Shown one piece after another: positions 37,826 to 51,000 of a stretch of DNA of 63,683 nt (its first letter is position 1; each line of letters opens with the position of its first letter). The notes under the pieces are model-generated. The model did no database searches. It was not told where the DNA came from and worked only from the letters and a program-made list of their open reading frames with translations. A program made the position numbers and the translations under genes. The DNA comes from Chiloscyllium plagiosum (Eukaryota): the NCBI RefSeq assembly GCF_004010195.1, contig NC_057758.1, forward strand, positions 3,835,428 to 3,899,110, in the 5' to 3' direction.

Positions 37826-38055
37826 AAACCAATACGCAAATGTAACACGACAGAAGATTTCGACCAAGGGATGCTCTTGCAGGACGAAGTGCTGATTTAA
37901 CTGATCTCTGCGTTAATTACACTGCAGCTGCCGGACTAATGTATATGGGACTTTGGACAACAGAATTGGAAGAAGGGATCCCCAGAATTTACAAAAATGT
38001 AGAAAGATCATCTGAAGTGAAACTGTCCAGTAATGCACCACAAATAGGTTTATGA
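37826..38055 (+). pseudogene. Cytoplasmic tail exon with tyrosine motifs
   Basis: QYANV (37830-37844) [fs] ...GRSADLTDLCVNYTAAAGLMYMGLWTTELEEGIPRIYKNVERSSEVKLSSNAPQIGL*; ITIM-like LMYMGL and two YxNV motifs; alternative acceptor ctcttgcag| at 37882. Confidence 0.5.
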
Positions 38056-38176
38056 GTATAATTTATTTTAATATAAAATGGACGAATGTATTCCTCATTT
38101 GGTCTTAAATGTATGCATTACGTATTATGTGCTGGTTTGATATTTTACTGATAAACCTGTGACTCTCCCTTTCACG

Positions 38177-38491
38177 ACCGAATTACTGTCTATTCTTGGA
38201 TTTGTCAGCATCCTCCAGTGGACACCAACTGAAACTCTCAGTGTAGATTTTTGAATCGGATCTGCTATATCTCTGTCGTGCTTTGGATTTCATGGCACAG
38301 AAATAATGGGCAGTATCGGAAAAGATCCCTGGAGATAATTGAATAAATCAATTTGGCTTCTTAGTTGAAAGCAGAAGAGAATTTATCTAATAAATCTTTG
38401 AACATATAATCTGAGCGACACCTCGTAAATAAATGGCTCGCCAAATGCCCACGAAACTTGAAGTACCAGAACAAAGTTGGAGTAACAGCTG
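38177..38491 (+). pseudogene. Further VJ-type IgV exon remnant
   Basis: VSILQWTPTETLSVDF*IGSAISLSC (38204-38281) ... YRK ... NLSDTS ... STRTKLE (38462-38482, like GTGTKLEV), followed by decayed donor ctgagt; about 315 nt. Confidence 0.5.
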
Positions 38492-39770
38492 CTGAGTAAA
38501 TGTAATTCAGAATTGTTGTTTGCCCTTCTGGAATAATTCATTGAGAGTGATCATGGAATCACCTTATCTTTTAAATTACTCCATGCAACACAATATCGAA
38601 TTGATTAAAGATCTGGCATGATTATAATCGGCATCATAGAAACTGAACGGTTAATAGGCAGCATGATTGACAGAGCGAGTAAAGAAAACCGGGTGCACAT
38701 AATGTTTCATTTAGATATTCACAGGAATGTCAAAATGTTTCAGTAAAATTGAAACGTCCAGTATGAAGAATTACAGCAAAATAGATGAAGGCCTTCTTGC
38801 AATTACCGGTAAAATGAGGAGCGTATCCAGAAAAACATGATTAGTTGGTCTCTCAGATCTGACAACAATTCTTTACCAAACAACATTATCTGCAGCTCAA
38901 TGACTGTAGAGGACTGGTTCTTTTTCTCTCCTGTCTGTTTGTCTCCAAACCTCCTGCTCTCTTTTAATCGCCATGCTAATTTGATTGTCAGTCTATTGTC
39001 TCCCAGAAGCTGGAAAGTGTAAATTGTTGAAATCTCAATTCCTTCTACATTTCCGTTTCATCAAGTTTCCCATATGCAGTGCAACGTTCATGGAGTAGTT
39101 TAAACAGATAAAATATGATTACTATTCAGGAAGTAGCCAAGTTTAATTTTGAAACAGCTGCATTCAAATCCTCTTGTATTTGGAGTACGGGTGAACCAAT
39201 TAATGTAGTCATAATGTCACTTGACTATTCATCCAGATTTAATGGCTGGAGTTCTGGGACATGGGATTGGATGACAAAGTTGAAATTCATAGAAATCTGG
39301 GAAAAAAGCAAAAGATGACCTCACAGTGGCCATGTGGCAGTTGCCATTCGTCATCAAAATTCTTTTGGTCACTAATATCATTAGCGAACGTAATCTGGCA
39401 TGCTTACATATTCTGGACAACACGGGTCGAAACTGTTACCCGTGTGGACCTATGCTCAATCACACTTCGGCCGGCGTTTTCGTTTTAAGTGGGTATGCAT
39501 ATTCACAATATACAAAACATGCAAATCAATGTATTTCCTTTCTTTGCATTCGTTCCAAGCACATTTGCTTAATTTGATGCCATGTTTGTAGAGAAACGTT
39601 TCTATCTCCCCCTCAGATTCACTCGGTGTCTTTGTATTTGTTTATCTCTGTTTCTCAGTCTCTTTGCTTCCATACTGCTGCATGCACTTTTCTGATTGAA
39701 TATTTAATCCAGTTCTTCGAAGTCATTGTGTTATATCGCCCCGTATTGACCTACTTCTGAATGTCTTCTT

Positions 39771-40270
39771 NNNNNNNNNNNNNNNNNNNNNNNNNNNNNN
39801 NNNNNNNNNNNNNNNNNNNNNNNNNNNNNNNNNNNNNNNNNNNNNNNNNNNNNNNNNNNNNNNNNNNNNNNNNNNNNNNNNNNNNNNNNNNNNNNNNNNN
39901 NNNNNNNNNNNNNNNNNNNNNNNNNNNNNNNNNNNNNNNNNNNNNNNNNNNNNNNNNNNNNNNNNNNNNNNNNNNNNNNNNNNNNNNNNNNNNNNNNNNN
40001 NNNNNNNNNNNNNNNNNNNNNNNNNNNNNNNNNNNNNNNNNNNNNNNNNNNNNNNNNNNNNNNNNNNNNNNNNNNNNNNNNNNNNNNNNNNNNNNNNNNN
40101 NNNNNNNNNNNNNNNNNNNNNNNNNNNNNNNNNNNNNNNNNNNNNNNNNNNNNNNNNNNNNNNNNNNNNNNNNNNNNNNNNNNNNNNNNNNNNNNNNNNN
40201 NNNNNNNNNNNNNNNNNNNNNNNNNNNNNNNNNNNNNNNNNNNNNNNNNNNNNNNNNNNNNNNNNNNNNN
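39771..40270. other. Assembly gap (500 N)
   Basis: Exactly 500 N. Confidence 1.
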
Positions 40271-41656
40271 CTAACAATTCCACACCGCCACCTCTTCTAC
40301 CATTTTCGCTGTCCTTCTTGTAACATATGAACCCCAGAACCTGCAACAACCATCCCTGTGCCTGCTCTACCTATGCATGTGAAATGGCCACAACTTAGAA
40401 ATCTCAAGTACCGTCCGATTCTCAAGTGGACCCATCTATTGCACATGCTCCAGGCGTTGAAATAGGTTCACTACTTTTCTGAAATGTTTTGAGGGGGTCT
40501 GATCTGGTCTACAATACTTGCCAAACCCTTTACTAAAATCAAATAAATAACACCTGCCATCATCAGACTTTTTGTTTACTTTTTCAAAATCCTCAAGTAG
40601 GTTTCTTCGCCTCACACAAGACTATGCTGACCATCTGTAATCAATGTTTGCCTCTCTAATTGTCCATGAATCGTTCCTTTTATAATCACTTTGATCAATT
40701 TAACCACAACTGAATCCAGACTTGCAGGTTGATCGTTTATTGATGTCTCCTTATAAACGTTCTTATTTAAAGATACAATATCAGCCACATTGCAGTCATC
40801 CGGTACCTCATCCCTACTTACGCATGCTGCAAATAGTTCTGCCAGGGATTTCCTTCTTTACTTCCCAGTAGAGTAGTTCCTGGAGATTTGTCAACTGTGT
40901 ATTCACCATGAAGTTCCTCTTCTGTCATTCGAACTGTATTAGAACATTCAAGTATCTCTATATATTCCCTGCCGTCGATTTCTTTCTCTTCATTCAAAAC
41001 CGTCATAAAATAGCCAATTAGTTTCGATCCCATCTCCTCACGTTCAAAACTGGGACGATCTCCTTGGTCACTAAGAGGCCCCACTCTGTCTGTGGTTACT
41101 CATTTCGTCTTACTGTGGAATCTCTTTGTTTTCCTTAAACTTACCTGCCAATACAATCTCAAATAATTTCTTTGCATTGCTGATTCCTCTCTGAAGAAAG
41201 CCCATCCACTCTTCATTTTGATTAAGACATTCAAGTGAACAATGTTGTCTTTATCTAAAATAACATTGTCTTTTATTCTCGAAAAGAACATCAACATGTT
41301 CGTTCATTCAATGATACTTAAACTCACCCGTCTTACCCTTCACTCTGACAGGAACATAATATCTCTGAACTCTCGTCAGCATTGTTGAAAGCCTTCCATT
41401 TATCAGACATCTTTTTTTAAACCCATAAACGGTCTCCTGCAATGAGCTTTTGAAAATTTATTGTCTCATACCATTAAAATTTGAGTTACTCTAATTAACA
41501 GATTTGTCTATCATGGAAAGCTTATCCTTTTCCGTAACACTTTGAAACTAATAGACTTATAGCCACTGGCCCCAAAGTATTCTGCTACTTTTATATTCGT
41601 GACCTGCCCTGATTTATTGGACAAACGAAGCTGCAGTTTTCCTCCTTCTCTAGTAG

Positions 41657-41787
41657 GAGGTCGTCCCAGTTTTGAACGTGAGGAGATGGGATCGAAACTA
41701 ATTGGCTATTTTGTGACGGTTTGGAATGAAGAGAAAGAAATCGACGGCAGGGAATACATAGAGATACTTGAATGTTCTAATACAGTT
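41657..41787 (-). repeat. Locally templated inverted insertion copied from 40932-41064
   Basis: Reverse complement of nearby sequence, 4 mismatches; replaces cggca present in copies 1 and 3. Confidence 0.9.
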
Positions 41788-42169
41788 TCCACATATTGAA
41801 AAACAATTATCTTTAATGTTTTTCACAAGTCCTTCACAATTCAAGCATTAAAACTATGCAGCTGTATTCAAAGTTTGGACAATGATATTTCCCCAGTATT
41901 ACAACTTTTACACTTACATATATCTGCAATATGCCTAAATATTTGTTTCTGATGTTCCTCTTGCTATTAGACGGCTTATAGTGCAATCCCTTCAAAGTGA
42001 TGTTTCCTTTCTTGTTTGAAATTTCTACCCATACATATTCACTGTCGAACTTTCAGAATTATCTTCCATAGTTATGTGCTGAGGTTGGAGACTTTGGGAG
42101 AGAATGGTGTGATTATATGACATGACGAAAACCACATCTGAACGAAGTTAAAATGGACACATTGTGGGA

Positions 42170-43366
42170 GAAATGAAACGACGCCACGTATTGAAATCGA
42201 TTGAGATCCACAATAAAAGAGAAACAACAGCACCAGAAGCGATGAAACTCTCAAAAGTAACATGAACCGTGCTAAATCTCCAAATGTTTTTCGTGAAACG
42301 TCAAAGGTACTCAATAATGTCACTTGTTAAATGTCAAGTTCTCCTCCTGGAGCCTACTGCTGGAAAGAAATCATTGAAGTCAGAGAAAAAGTCTCACAGT
42401 TGACCACATCCCTGGGGAGCGAGTGATATCACCTTGTTTTTGTCGCTGCATGGTGACATCACACATCGTAAAACGGAGCATTTACGCCTGTGCAAACCAC
42501 ACATAATCTTCACATTGTGAAGGACGGCATGGTCTCTTCAAGGTGGCACATTGATTCATTCACCAGAATGGTTCAGAACTGAAGTGTTTGCATTTGAGGG
42601 AAGAACCGGAGCTGAAGTCATTGTGTACAGACCTGTAAGAACAAATGATGTGGTTCGGTCAGGTAGATATGAACAAGATGTTCCAACCATCTGTTAGAAA
42701 ATGATACAAATTTAAGATTTCATGCAAAATTGACCGGGAAGATGGGATGGTGAAATTATGAACAGTAGATGGTAATGCGTTAGATGTCAACACTTTCTCT
42801 GAAAGGCCAATAATGTCCAGTACCTGATGAATCCACCGATTGTGTCAAATTCATCTTTAATGTTTGTCCAGAGATTCCTGTCCGTGAAACCATTTCAAAT
42901 ATTCTGGAAAAGCAGTTTAGAGCAGACACTCACTGTTAAGGTTTGAACTCAGACAATTTATTCGTTTTGCTTGAATTTTCAGTGTGCATGTGCACCTTTC
43001 AAAACCCCAGCGAAAGAAATTTCAATAACCTGTCCTTATCAGTCCAAGATAGCAAAAAGGAATAACAGATGTAAATGATAACATTATTTCTATGTCCCTC
43101 AACGTTGCCATTCCAACGCAATTTCTCCAGAATATTATATTTAATCTTCGAAAATTATAATGGTACTTTACTTCTGGCCCAGGATACACGTGTGGCCCCT
43201 GCTGTACGCTGCTGCTGAATTTGATTGGCAGCCTATCGATTCAATGGTGAAATTGAAAAAAGCACCGTGAACAATTGCCCTGGTTCTGCATGTGACTCAC
43301 CAGAGCAAAGACAATTGGGAAATAGTCGGCAGGTTAACTCATGAGATAATCGGATCTGAAATACAT
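42170..43366 (-). pseudogene. Leader-V-C1-TM(Arg) IgSF remnant, copy 2
   Basis: ATG at 43366, ...LTCRLFPNCLCS-G|GTGAGT (43301); KMNLTQSVDSSGTGHYW; TM FMLLLRVSSLLVLLFLFYC. Confidence 0.45.
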
Positions 43367-43692
43367 AATCTGCTTCCTTTTCTTTCCATGTCTGCTGACG
43401 CACTGCCTCATCAATTAAGACACGAGCAGTGAAAGGTTAATGCAACTTCATGCACAACTCGGCTCCTTTCTGAATAAATTGCAGCACACTCAGCCCAGTC
43501 CTACCAAATAATGCTTCTGATAAAGTTGACATACACACATGACCCTCCACCACTGTCACCCACACATTTAATTGCCTCCGATAAAGATGGTTGGCAGAGG
43601 AGCCTGGAGCCTTCATCTCATTTGGTGCAAACAGGAGCCTTGCACAAGAATGTCATGAAGTCTTCCCATATACCGGCTGGATCTACTGTACT

Positions 43693-46600
43693 AAGGACAA
43701 AAAGAACAAAGAAAATTTCAGCAAAGGAACAGGCCTTCTCGCCCGCTAAGCCTCAGCTGATCCAAATGCTATATGTACATATGACGCCTATTTTCTGGGC
43801 GTCTGTATCCCTTTACTCCCTGCCGATTCATGTATCTGTCCAGATATATCTGAAACGCAACTATCGTGTCCGACGCTACAACCTCTTCTGTCAATGCGTT
43901 CCAGGCACCCACAACTCTCTTTCTAAAAGAATCTCCTGACATATCTCCCCCGAACATTTATCCTCTCACTTTGATCTCATCGCCCCTAGTAGTTAAGTCC
44001 CCAATTCTGTGAAAAAAACACTCTTGTTATTTACCCTGTTTATACCTCTCATGAATTTGTCGACCTCAATCAAGTCCGCTACAAACTCTGTCTTTCTCAT
44101 GCAAATAATCTTAACCTATTCAACCTCAATTCATCGCGAGCGCCCTCTATACCAGGCAACAGCCTGCTGAACATCATCTGCACCCTCTCCAAAACATCCA
44201 CGTCCTTTTGTTAACGTGGCGACCAGAACTGTACTGAGCATTCCATATATGGCCAAACCAAAGTACTCTCCAACTCTAATATGGCCTGCTATCTCTTGGA
44301 CTAAATAAACCGTCCGATGAAGGAAAGAATGCTTGACTCGTCTATCCAATATCATTGCAACATTCAGGGAACAAAGGACCTGAACACCTAGATCTCTCTG
44401 TTGCATCTGTTTACACCAGAAGATTTCCATTCAGTGTATCGTTCACTCTTCAATTGGAGCATGCAAATTGCATCACCTCGCATATGCCCAGATTGAACTC
44501 CATCTGCCATTGCTCTGCCCAATCCTGCACTCTATCTGTATTGTGCTCTGTTTTCTGAATTTTCACTTCACTCTCTGCTTCTCCGCCTGCAAATTCCATC
44601 TGCTCCTCCACCTAGTATCATCTGAAAACAGTATAATCTAAGTACCTGTACCTTCCTCCACATAACGCATGTATATGATAAACAATAGTTGTACCAGCAC
44701 GGATGATTATGGAACACCACGAGTCAGAGTCCTCTATATTGAGAAACACGTTTTCACTGCTACTCTCTGTCTCCTATTGCTCTGTCAGCTCTTTATCCAT
44801 CTAGCTAGTACACCCTGGACCACATGTGACTTCACTTTCTCCATCAGTCTACCATGGGGATCTTTAACATTCACTACTGAAGTCCATATATGTGGCATTT
44901 CCAGCCTCTCCTTTATCAATCAACTTGTCACTTCTTCAGATAATCAATTAAGTTGATAAGGCATGGACATCCCTGCACAATACCATGTTATCTATCATTG
45001 ATCAGCCCATTTTCTTCCAAATGTAAACAGGTCCTGTCACTCATTACCTTCTCCAGCAGCGTCCCTATCAATGACGTCAGACTCACCAATCTGTAACTAC
45101 TGGCATTAACTGTGCTACCGTTGTTAAACAAGGGGACAGCATTAGTATTTCTTCTGTACTCTGGGGCCTCACCCGTATTCAAGGACCTGGAAATAACGCT
45201 GTTAAGGCTCCACCTATTCCTTCTCTCGCTACCCTGAATAACCTGAGGTATATCCTACCAGAATCTTGGGATTTTGTCACCTTAATGATTTTTAGAGTAC
45301 CTGACACTTCCTTCCTCTTTATTCCAAATTGACCGAGAGTAATCAAGCAGCTATATCTCAACTCAACGTCCATCATGTCCCTCTCCCCGGTGAATATCAA
45401 AACAATGTACTCAAGAAGAGTCTCATCTATTTTACAGGGCTCGGTGGATATATTTCCTCCGGTGCTCTTCAGTGGGCCAATTGTTTCTCTAGTTACACTC
45501 TTGCTCCCAGAATATAGATAATAGGCTTTTGGACTTTCCTTAAATGCGTCCACGAAAGATATCTCATCACACCTTTCAGCCCCCTTAATTCCTTCTTAAT
45601 CTATGGTCCTATATTCCCGCTGTTCTTACAAAGCTCCGTCTGTCTTCAGTCGCTGAGACCGTTCGTATGCTTCCTTTTTCGTCTTAGATTGTCTCACAAT
45701 TTTAGCTGTCATCCATGGTTCCTTAATCTTGCCAGTTTTAACCCTCATTTTTACAGGAACATGTCTCTCCTACATTCTAATTACCCTTTCCTTCAACGCC
45801 TCCCACATATCAAATGTGAATTTACCTTCAGATAGCTGCTCCCAAACTATATTCCCGATTGCATATCGAATTTTGGGATCATTGGCCTTCCCCAATTTAG
45901 TACTCTTCCTTTACGAAAACTCTTGTCTTTGTCCATGAGTGTTGTAATACTTATAGAATCGTGATCACTATTTCCAAATTACCTTCGACTGAAAAGTCAA
46001 CCACCTGACCAGGCTCATTCCTCAATACCCGGTCCAGTATGCCCCCTTCCTGTGTTGTACTATTTACATGTTTCTCTATAAAAACCTTCCTAGATGCTCC
46101 TTACCTATTCTGCTCCATCTAAACCTCTTGGACTAAGTGAACCTCAGTCAATATTGGTAAAATTAAAATCTCCGAAAACCACCACCCTGTTGCTCCTACA
46201 TCTTCACATAATCCGTTTTCATATTTGTACCTCTAAGTCACGTTCGCTGTTGCAAGGACTCTAGAACATCGCCAACATTATGACCGCACTCTTCCTATTT
46301 CTGAGCTCTGACCATATTGCCTCACTTTTCGAGGCGGCAATAGTGTTTTTTCATCAACCAAATTTAAACAATAACATCATACTGCCAGGAACTAATCCAT
46401 GTCCTAAATTTATCTGCCTTGCCTACTGCACTTTTGCATTACAACAAATGCACTACAGATCTCCAGGTTCTTTGCATACCTCATCTGCTCCCTGTCTCCT
46501 ATTCCACTTAGTACGTTGACTTCATTATCTCCTTTTCACAGAGTAAAGTTACTATGTCGTTACACTCGACGAACCTCCTCATTTGGTTCCCATCCTCCAA

Positions 46601-48005
46601 CGGCGTTAGCAAAAGCACCGCCAAGGACATTGGTACCAGTCCGGCTTGATGTAAATCATTCAAATTGTAAACTACCCAATTCCAACGGAACAGTTTCCGA
46701 TGTCGGAAAAATATGAAGCCCTCCCCCCTCACTTCAGCTGCCTTCCCTCAAGACATGCATCCCTCCTGCCTATTCATTCATTTCTACTCGGGCGAATGCA
46801 TGGCATTGTTCGAAATCCCGTGTTTACTCCCTTTGAAATCATACCTTTTGTGAACTTGGCTTATTTCTGAAATTTTGCTTCCAGGGCATTATCCCGTTTT
46901 TATAAATATCATTGGTACTTACATGCAGCACGAGAACTTGCTGTTCACCAACCTCCCCTTCAGAATGTTCTGCAGCCAAAATGAGATATTCTGACCCATG
47001 CATGTGGAGGCAATATGCCGCCTGTGACTCTCTTTTTCACCACACAACTATCTATTCACCTTCCAACCAAACCCTCGTCACTAGAGTCCATCCACTCTCT
47101 TTCACACCTTTCTGTACAGAAAAACCAGCAACTTTGCGTCAAAATTGGCTATTGCAACCATTCCGTGGTGAGCCATCTCCCCCTGCAGTCTGGAAACGAT
47201 ATGACTGTTTTGGAGAGAAACAAACGCAGGGGATATCTGCACTCCCTTGCTTCTCTTTCTCTGCCTTACGGCCACCCATTCCCCTTCTCTCTCAGCAATT
47301 CTAATCTGTGGTGTGACCAGTTCATTAAATGTTCTATCCACGAAAACCTCAACATTGCGAATGCTCCAAAGTGAGACTATCTTTAGCTCCAGAGCCATGA
47401 TGCGGCCTAACAAGGGCACACCTGCTGCTCGTGAAGTTGTCAGGGACACCAGCTGTGTCCCTGAGCTCCCATACTGAGCACGGTTCTGTGGTCTCCTGCA
47501 ATTTTTAATCGTAAGTTTAATTTAGTCATAACTTAGATAAACAAAACAATAGGAATGAACCATTTTCTTTTTCACCAATCATACGATTTTAAAAAAGAAA
47601 TAGAAAAAAGCATTGCCATATCAGCACACCACCGAGTCCTTTTCTTTTTGGTTGGAGGTGGAGGACAGGTGGGAGACACTACATGTCCAGTGTCTCGGGT
47701 TCAGCTGCTGCCCAAATCTTTTTATTCACCCACCTTCCCAGAGTGCAATTCGACCACTCCCCCTCAGCTCCTCGCTCTCACCGCCGTGTCCGCTGTTGAA
47801 AATGAAGGCTGCTGGCACTAGAGGTGAAGCCCTTATAATTTGGGAAACTTACCATTCCGTCAGCCCCCGATTCTCACTCTTTTTCTTTCCTCCGGAAAAA
47901 TGAAGTCCAATGACTCTAACGTTAAGGCAATTTTGGTGAGAATTTTTACCTACTCGGCAGCCCCCGGCCCTTTCTTTCTCTTGCTCCTCTGGAAAAATAA
48001 GACCT
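43693..48005 (-). mobile_element. Near full-length CR1, paralog of 26300-30605
   Basis: RVVGAWNAL..EVV, ESPKAYY.Y, ORF1 SIRNVE.FVDRTFNELVTPQ. Confidence 0.85.
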
Positions 48006-51000
48006 GTGATACACCTCATTTTTACAATTTGCCGAGTCAAAAAGACCCCTCTGTCCACCGTCGTCACTCACTTTGCACACATTCCATTTCACATTCCACA
48101 TTGAATTCGTGAAGAGCACTGTATAATGTGGATAGTGGACGTTCAGAAGCGGACTGTCTACTGGGTATGTTAGCCGCTATATATCTATTTACTTACCTCC
48201 GAATTTCTTGTTTTATCTGATGTATTTCTTCAGGCGCTGCCTTGCAAGGAACTGATGGCCTCTTGGTGTTATCACTAAGTATTAACCTAGACACGTAAGC
48301 AAGTTACGTTCGAGTCCTATTGCAACAGAGTGTGCCATTTCAATTCAACAGAAGTCAATATTGATGTTCGGGTCAATGCATCTGATTAACTAATGTTCTT
48401 TCGGGCAGGGAGTTTGTCAACTTTACATGTATATGGCGATTCCAGTTTTACCGGAATGTGGTTGACTCTGGGTATTTACAGCATGGACAATAAATGCTGG
48501 ACTAGCGAGCACTATCCACATTCTGCAAGTGATCACAGTTTTAAAACCCTCTGTCAAAGCATTTTCTCCTCCTGAGAAAACCCCTGTGCGTCGGCAAAGC
48601 GCCATGAGAGGAAGAGCAATAATTTGGTGGATCCTTACTTCGATAATCTGCAGCCTCTGATGCTGTTTACCCTCCTTCAGACATTAACGTTCGAATATAT
48701 TCTGTTCTTGCATAAGTTTAAAATGGCAGAAACATTCCTCTTCTTTCTCAGTGTCTCCAGTTAACACTCTCATTAAAAAAAGTGCTTGAATAATATGCTT
48801 AAAACTTCCACATTTATATTTATATCAGAAGTATGAAGTAGAATCCACAAAATGTCTTCAGGATATATTCAGTCGACAATACAAAGCAAACACAGGAAGG
48901 GATTAGCAGTTCTAGCCGTTATTTTACTTTTAGAACGAAGATGATCTGCTGCAACATGTTTTTTACTTGCTGGCAGTTACCTCTTTGATTCTGAACAATG
49001 TCTGCCCGATGTTCCGCAATGCTGCCCTTGCTCTATTTCTTCACGTTTGAGCCATCCCAGCGTTCCATTTGTCATCTCTTTCCTTACCAGCAGGTTCAAT
49101 TCTCAAAGAATCGCTTCCCGCTAATCTGCTACAAGAAAAAGAAATCCCTTCCCATCAAGAGTCTAAAGGGAAATGTCCCACACAACACCTGATCCATGCC
49201 TTTAATATTCCCATATCTCATTTGCATATTTTAAAAATATCAAAATGAATCTCTTCATCAGCTTATTTTATATGTTGTCTTACAAAATCTAAACATTTCT
49301 TATATTCCTCTTCGTTTTTTCACTGTCCAAGGCTACAAGAAATCTTGGTGTTGTTTTATTTATACCTTAGAATAAGCTAATTTACTTTAGAATAAGCTAA
49401 TTTACTTTATTTCATACTCACAATGCAGTATCCACTTCACCGGGGAGACAAGCACAGATTGTGTGACCATTTTGCAGAACACAGCTACTTAATCGCACGC
49501 AGCAACTGTAGCTTTGTTTTCTCTCCTTCACGTGGCTGAGCATTTCCCAGATTTTTTTAAAATTTCAAATTAACACGTCTTGTAGTGTTTGTTTGTTATT
49601 CAGTATATGTTACATAGGAAAATGCAGAAAAGAGAATGCCAGATTACCTGTTGTGATTCTGTCAGACACGGTTAAAATATTTGAAACCCATCGAACAGAA
49701 CTAACTTGACTTCGATAAATTAAACAGCGTGAAAACATTGTGCTTAAAACAAGGAAGAGCTGTACTCTGTTAACCGGCATCGGTTCAGCTTAGTTGGTTG
49801 GGTTGTTGGTTTACAACGCAGTGTGATACCAACAGCACAGATTCAATTCCCTCCCCAATTTGTGGTTACCATGAAAGTATTTCCTTCTCGACCTCTTTCC
49901 TCAACTGAGGTCTGTTGGCCCTCAGGTTAGATCACCACCAGTGGCTTCACTCGAATGAGGGAGCAGCCCATATGTTTTGGTAAGACTGTGTGGACAAAGC
50001 ATCAACTCTATCAACGGCAGCAACCTCAACGACCATAATTCAGTTCCAGGTATGTTTAGCAGCAAGTGCTCACACAAATCTTACCCCATACTAAAAAATA
50101 CACTATTACTGTTACGGCCTATTTCCTGTTGTTTTCCAAATTCAGTGAGATGTCTTTTCTTTCCCGTCATGAATATTGAAACCAGGTTCATAGCAGGACA
50201 AAGTTCCAAACATTGCATTCAGATTTCAGCTCAAGACATTACGTTCACCGCAGCTGCTGTTTGAATAAATTTATCATCTTACAGCTCTCTTCACAGTTAA
50301 AACTGTTGAAATATTACCTATTTCAAAGATGGTTCAAGCTTGGAGAGAGTGAAAAGACATGATGGGCACTGAGCATAATTGTGGAATTAATGTATAGGAG
50401 AATCAGGAGGATCAGCACCATCTACCATTTACAATGCCATGTATAAGCTGATCACTTTCTGTTTTACATTCCCACTCCTCGCTTTCCAATACAGCTTGAA
50501 TGCATCAGTCTGCATTTACAGCAAGCAGTTAATTGATCCGATGACTGGATATGGAAAGGGATCTCAAGTTAAGTACAGAAGACGAAATAGAATCAGAGAG
50601 TGGTTAAAATACCATAGAACATGGAATGTTACAACGCAATACAGGCTACTTGGCACTCGATGTTGCGCAGATCTGTGAATCCAATGTAAAGCCCGTCTAG
50701 CAAACATTATTCAATTTTCATGCATATGTTTGTCCAATAACCATGTATGTGTCCTTAAAGTTGGCAAGTGTATTACTGTTGCAGGCAGGGCATTACACGA
50801 CCCTACTACTACCTGAGTAAACAACCATGTCTGACACATATCAAACACTCCTAAATTTAAAGCTATGCCCCGTCGTGGTAGGCATCAATATCCGAGGAAA
50901 AAGACTCTCACTGACCAACCGATCAGTAACTCTCTGATTATCATATGTATTTTAATTAAGTCATCTCAAAAACCTCTTCTTTCTTAACAAAAACAGCCTT

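Noticed and set aside
49990..50049. Ser/Thr-rich DKASTLSTAATSTTIIQFQ|GTATGT as a receptor stalk exon
   Set aside because: No acceptor (abuts a SINE), donor deleted in copy 1, and no linked Ig or TM exon.
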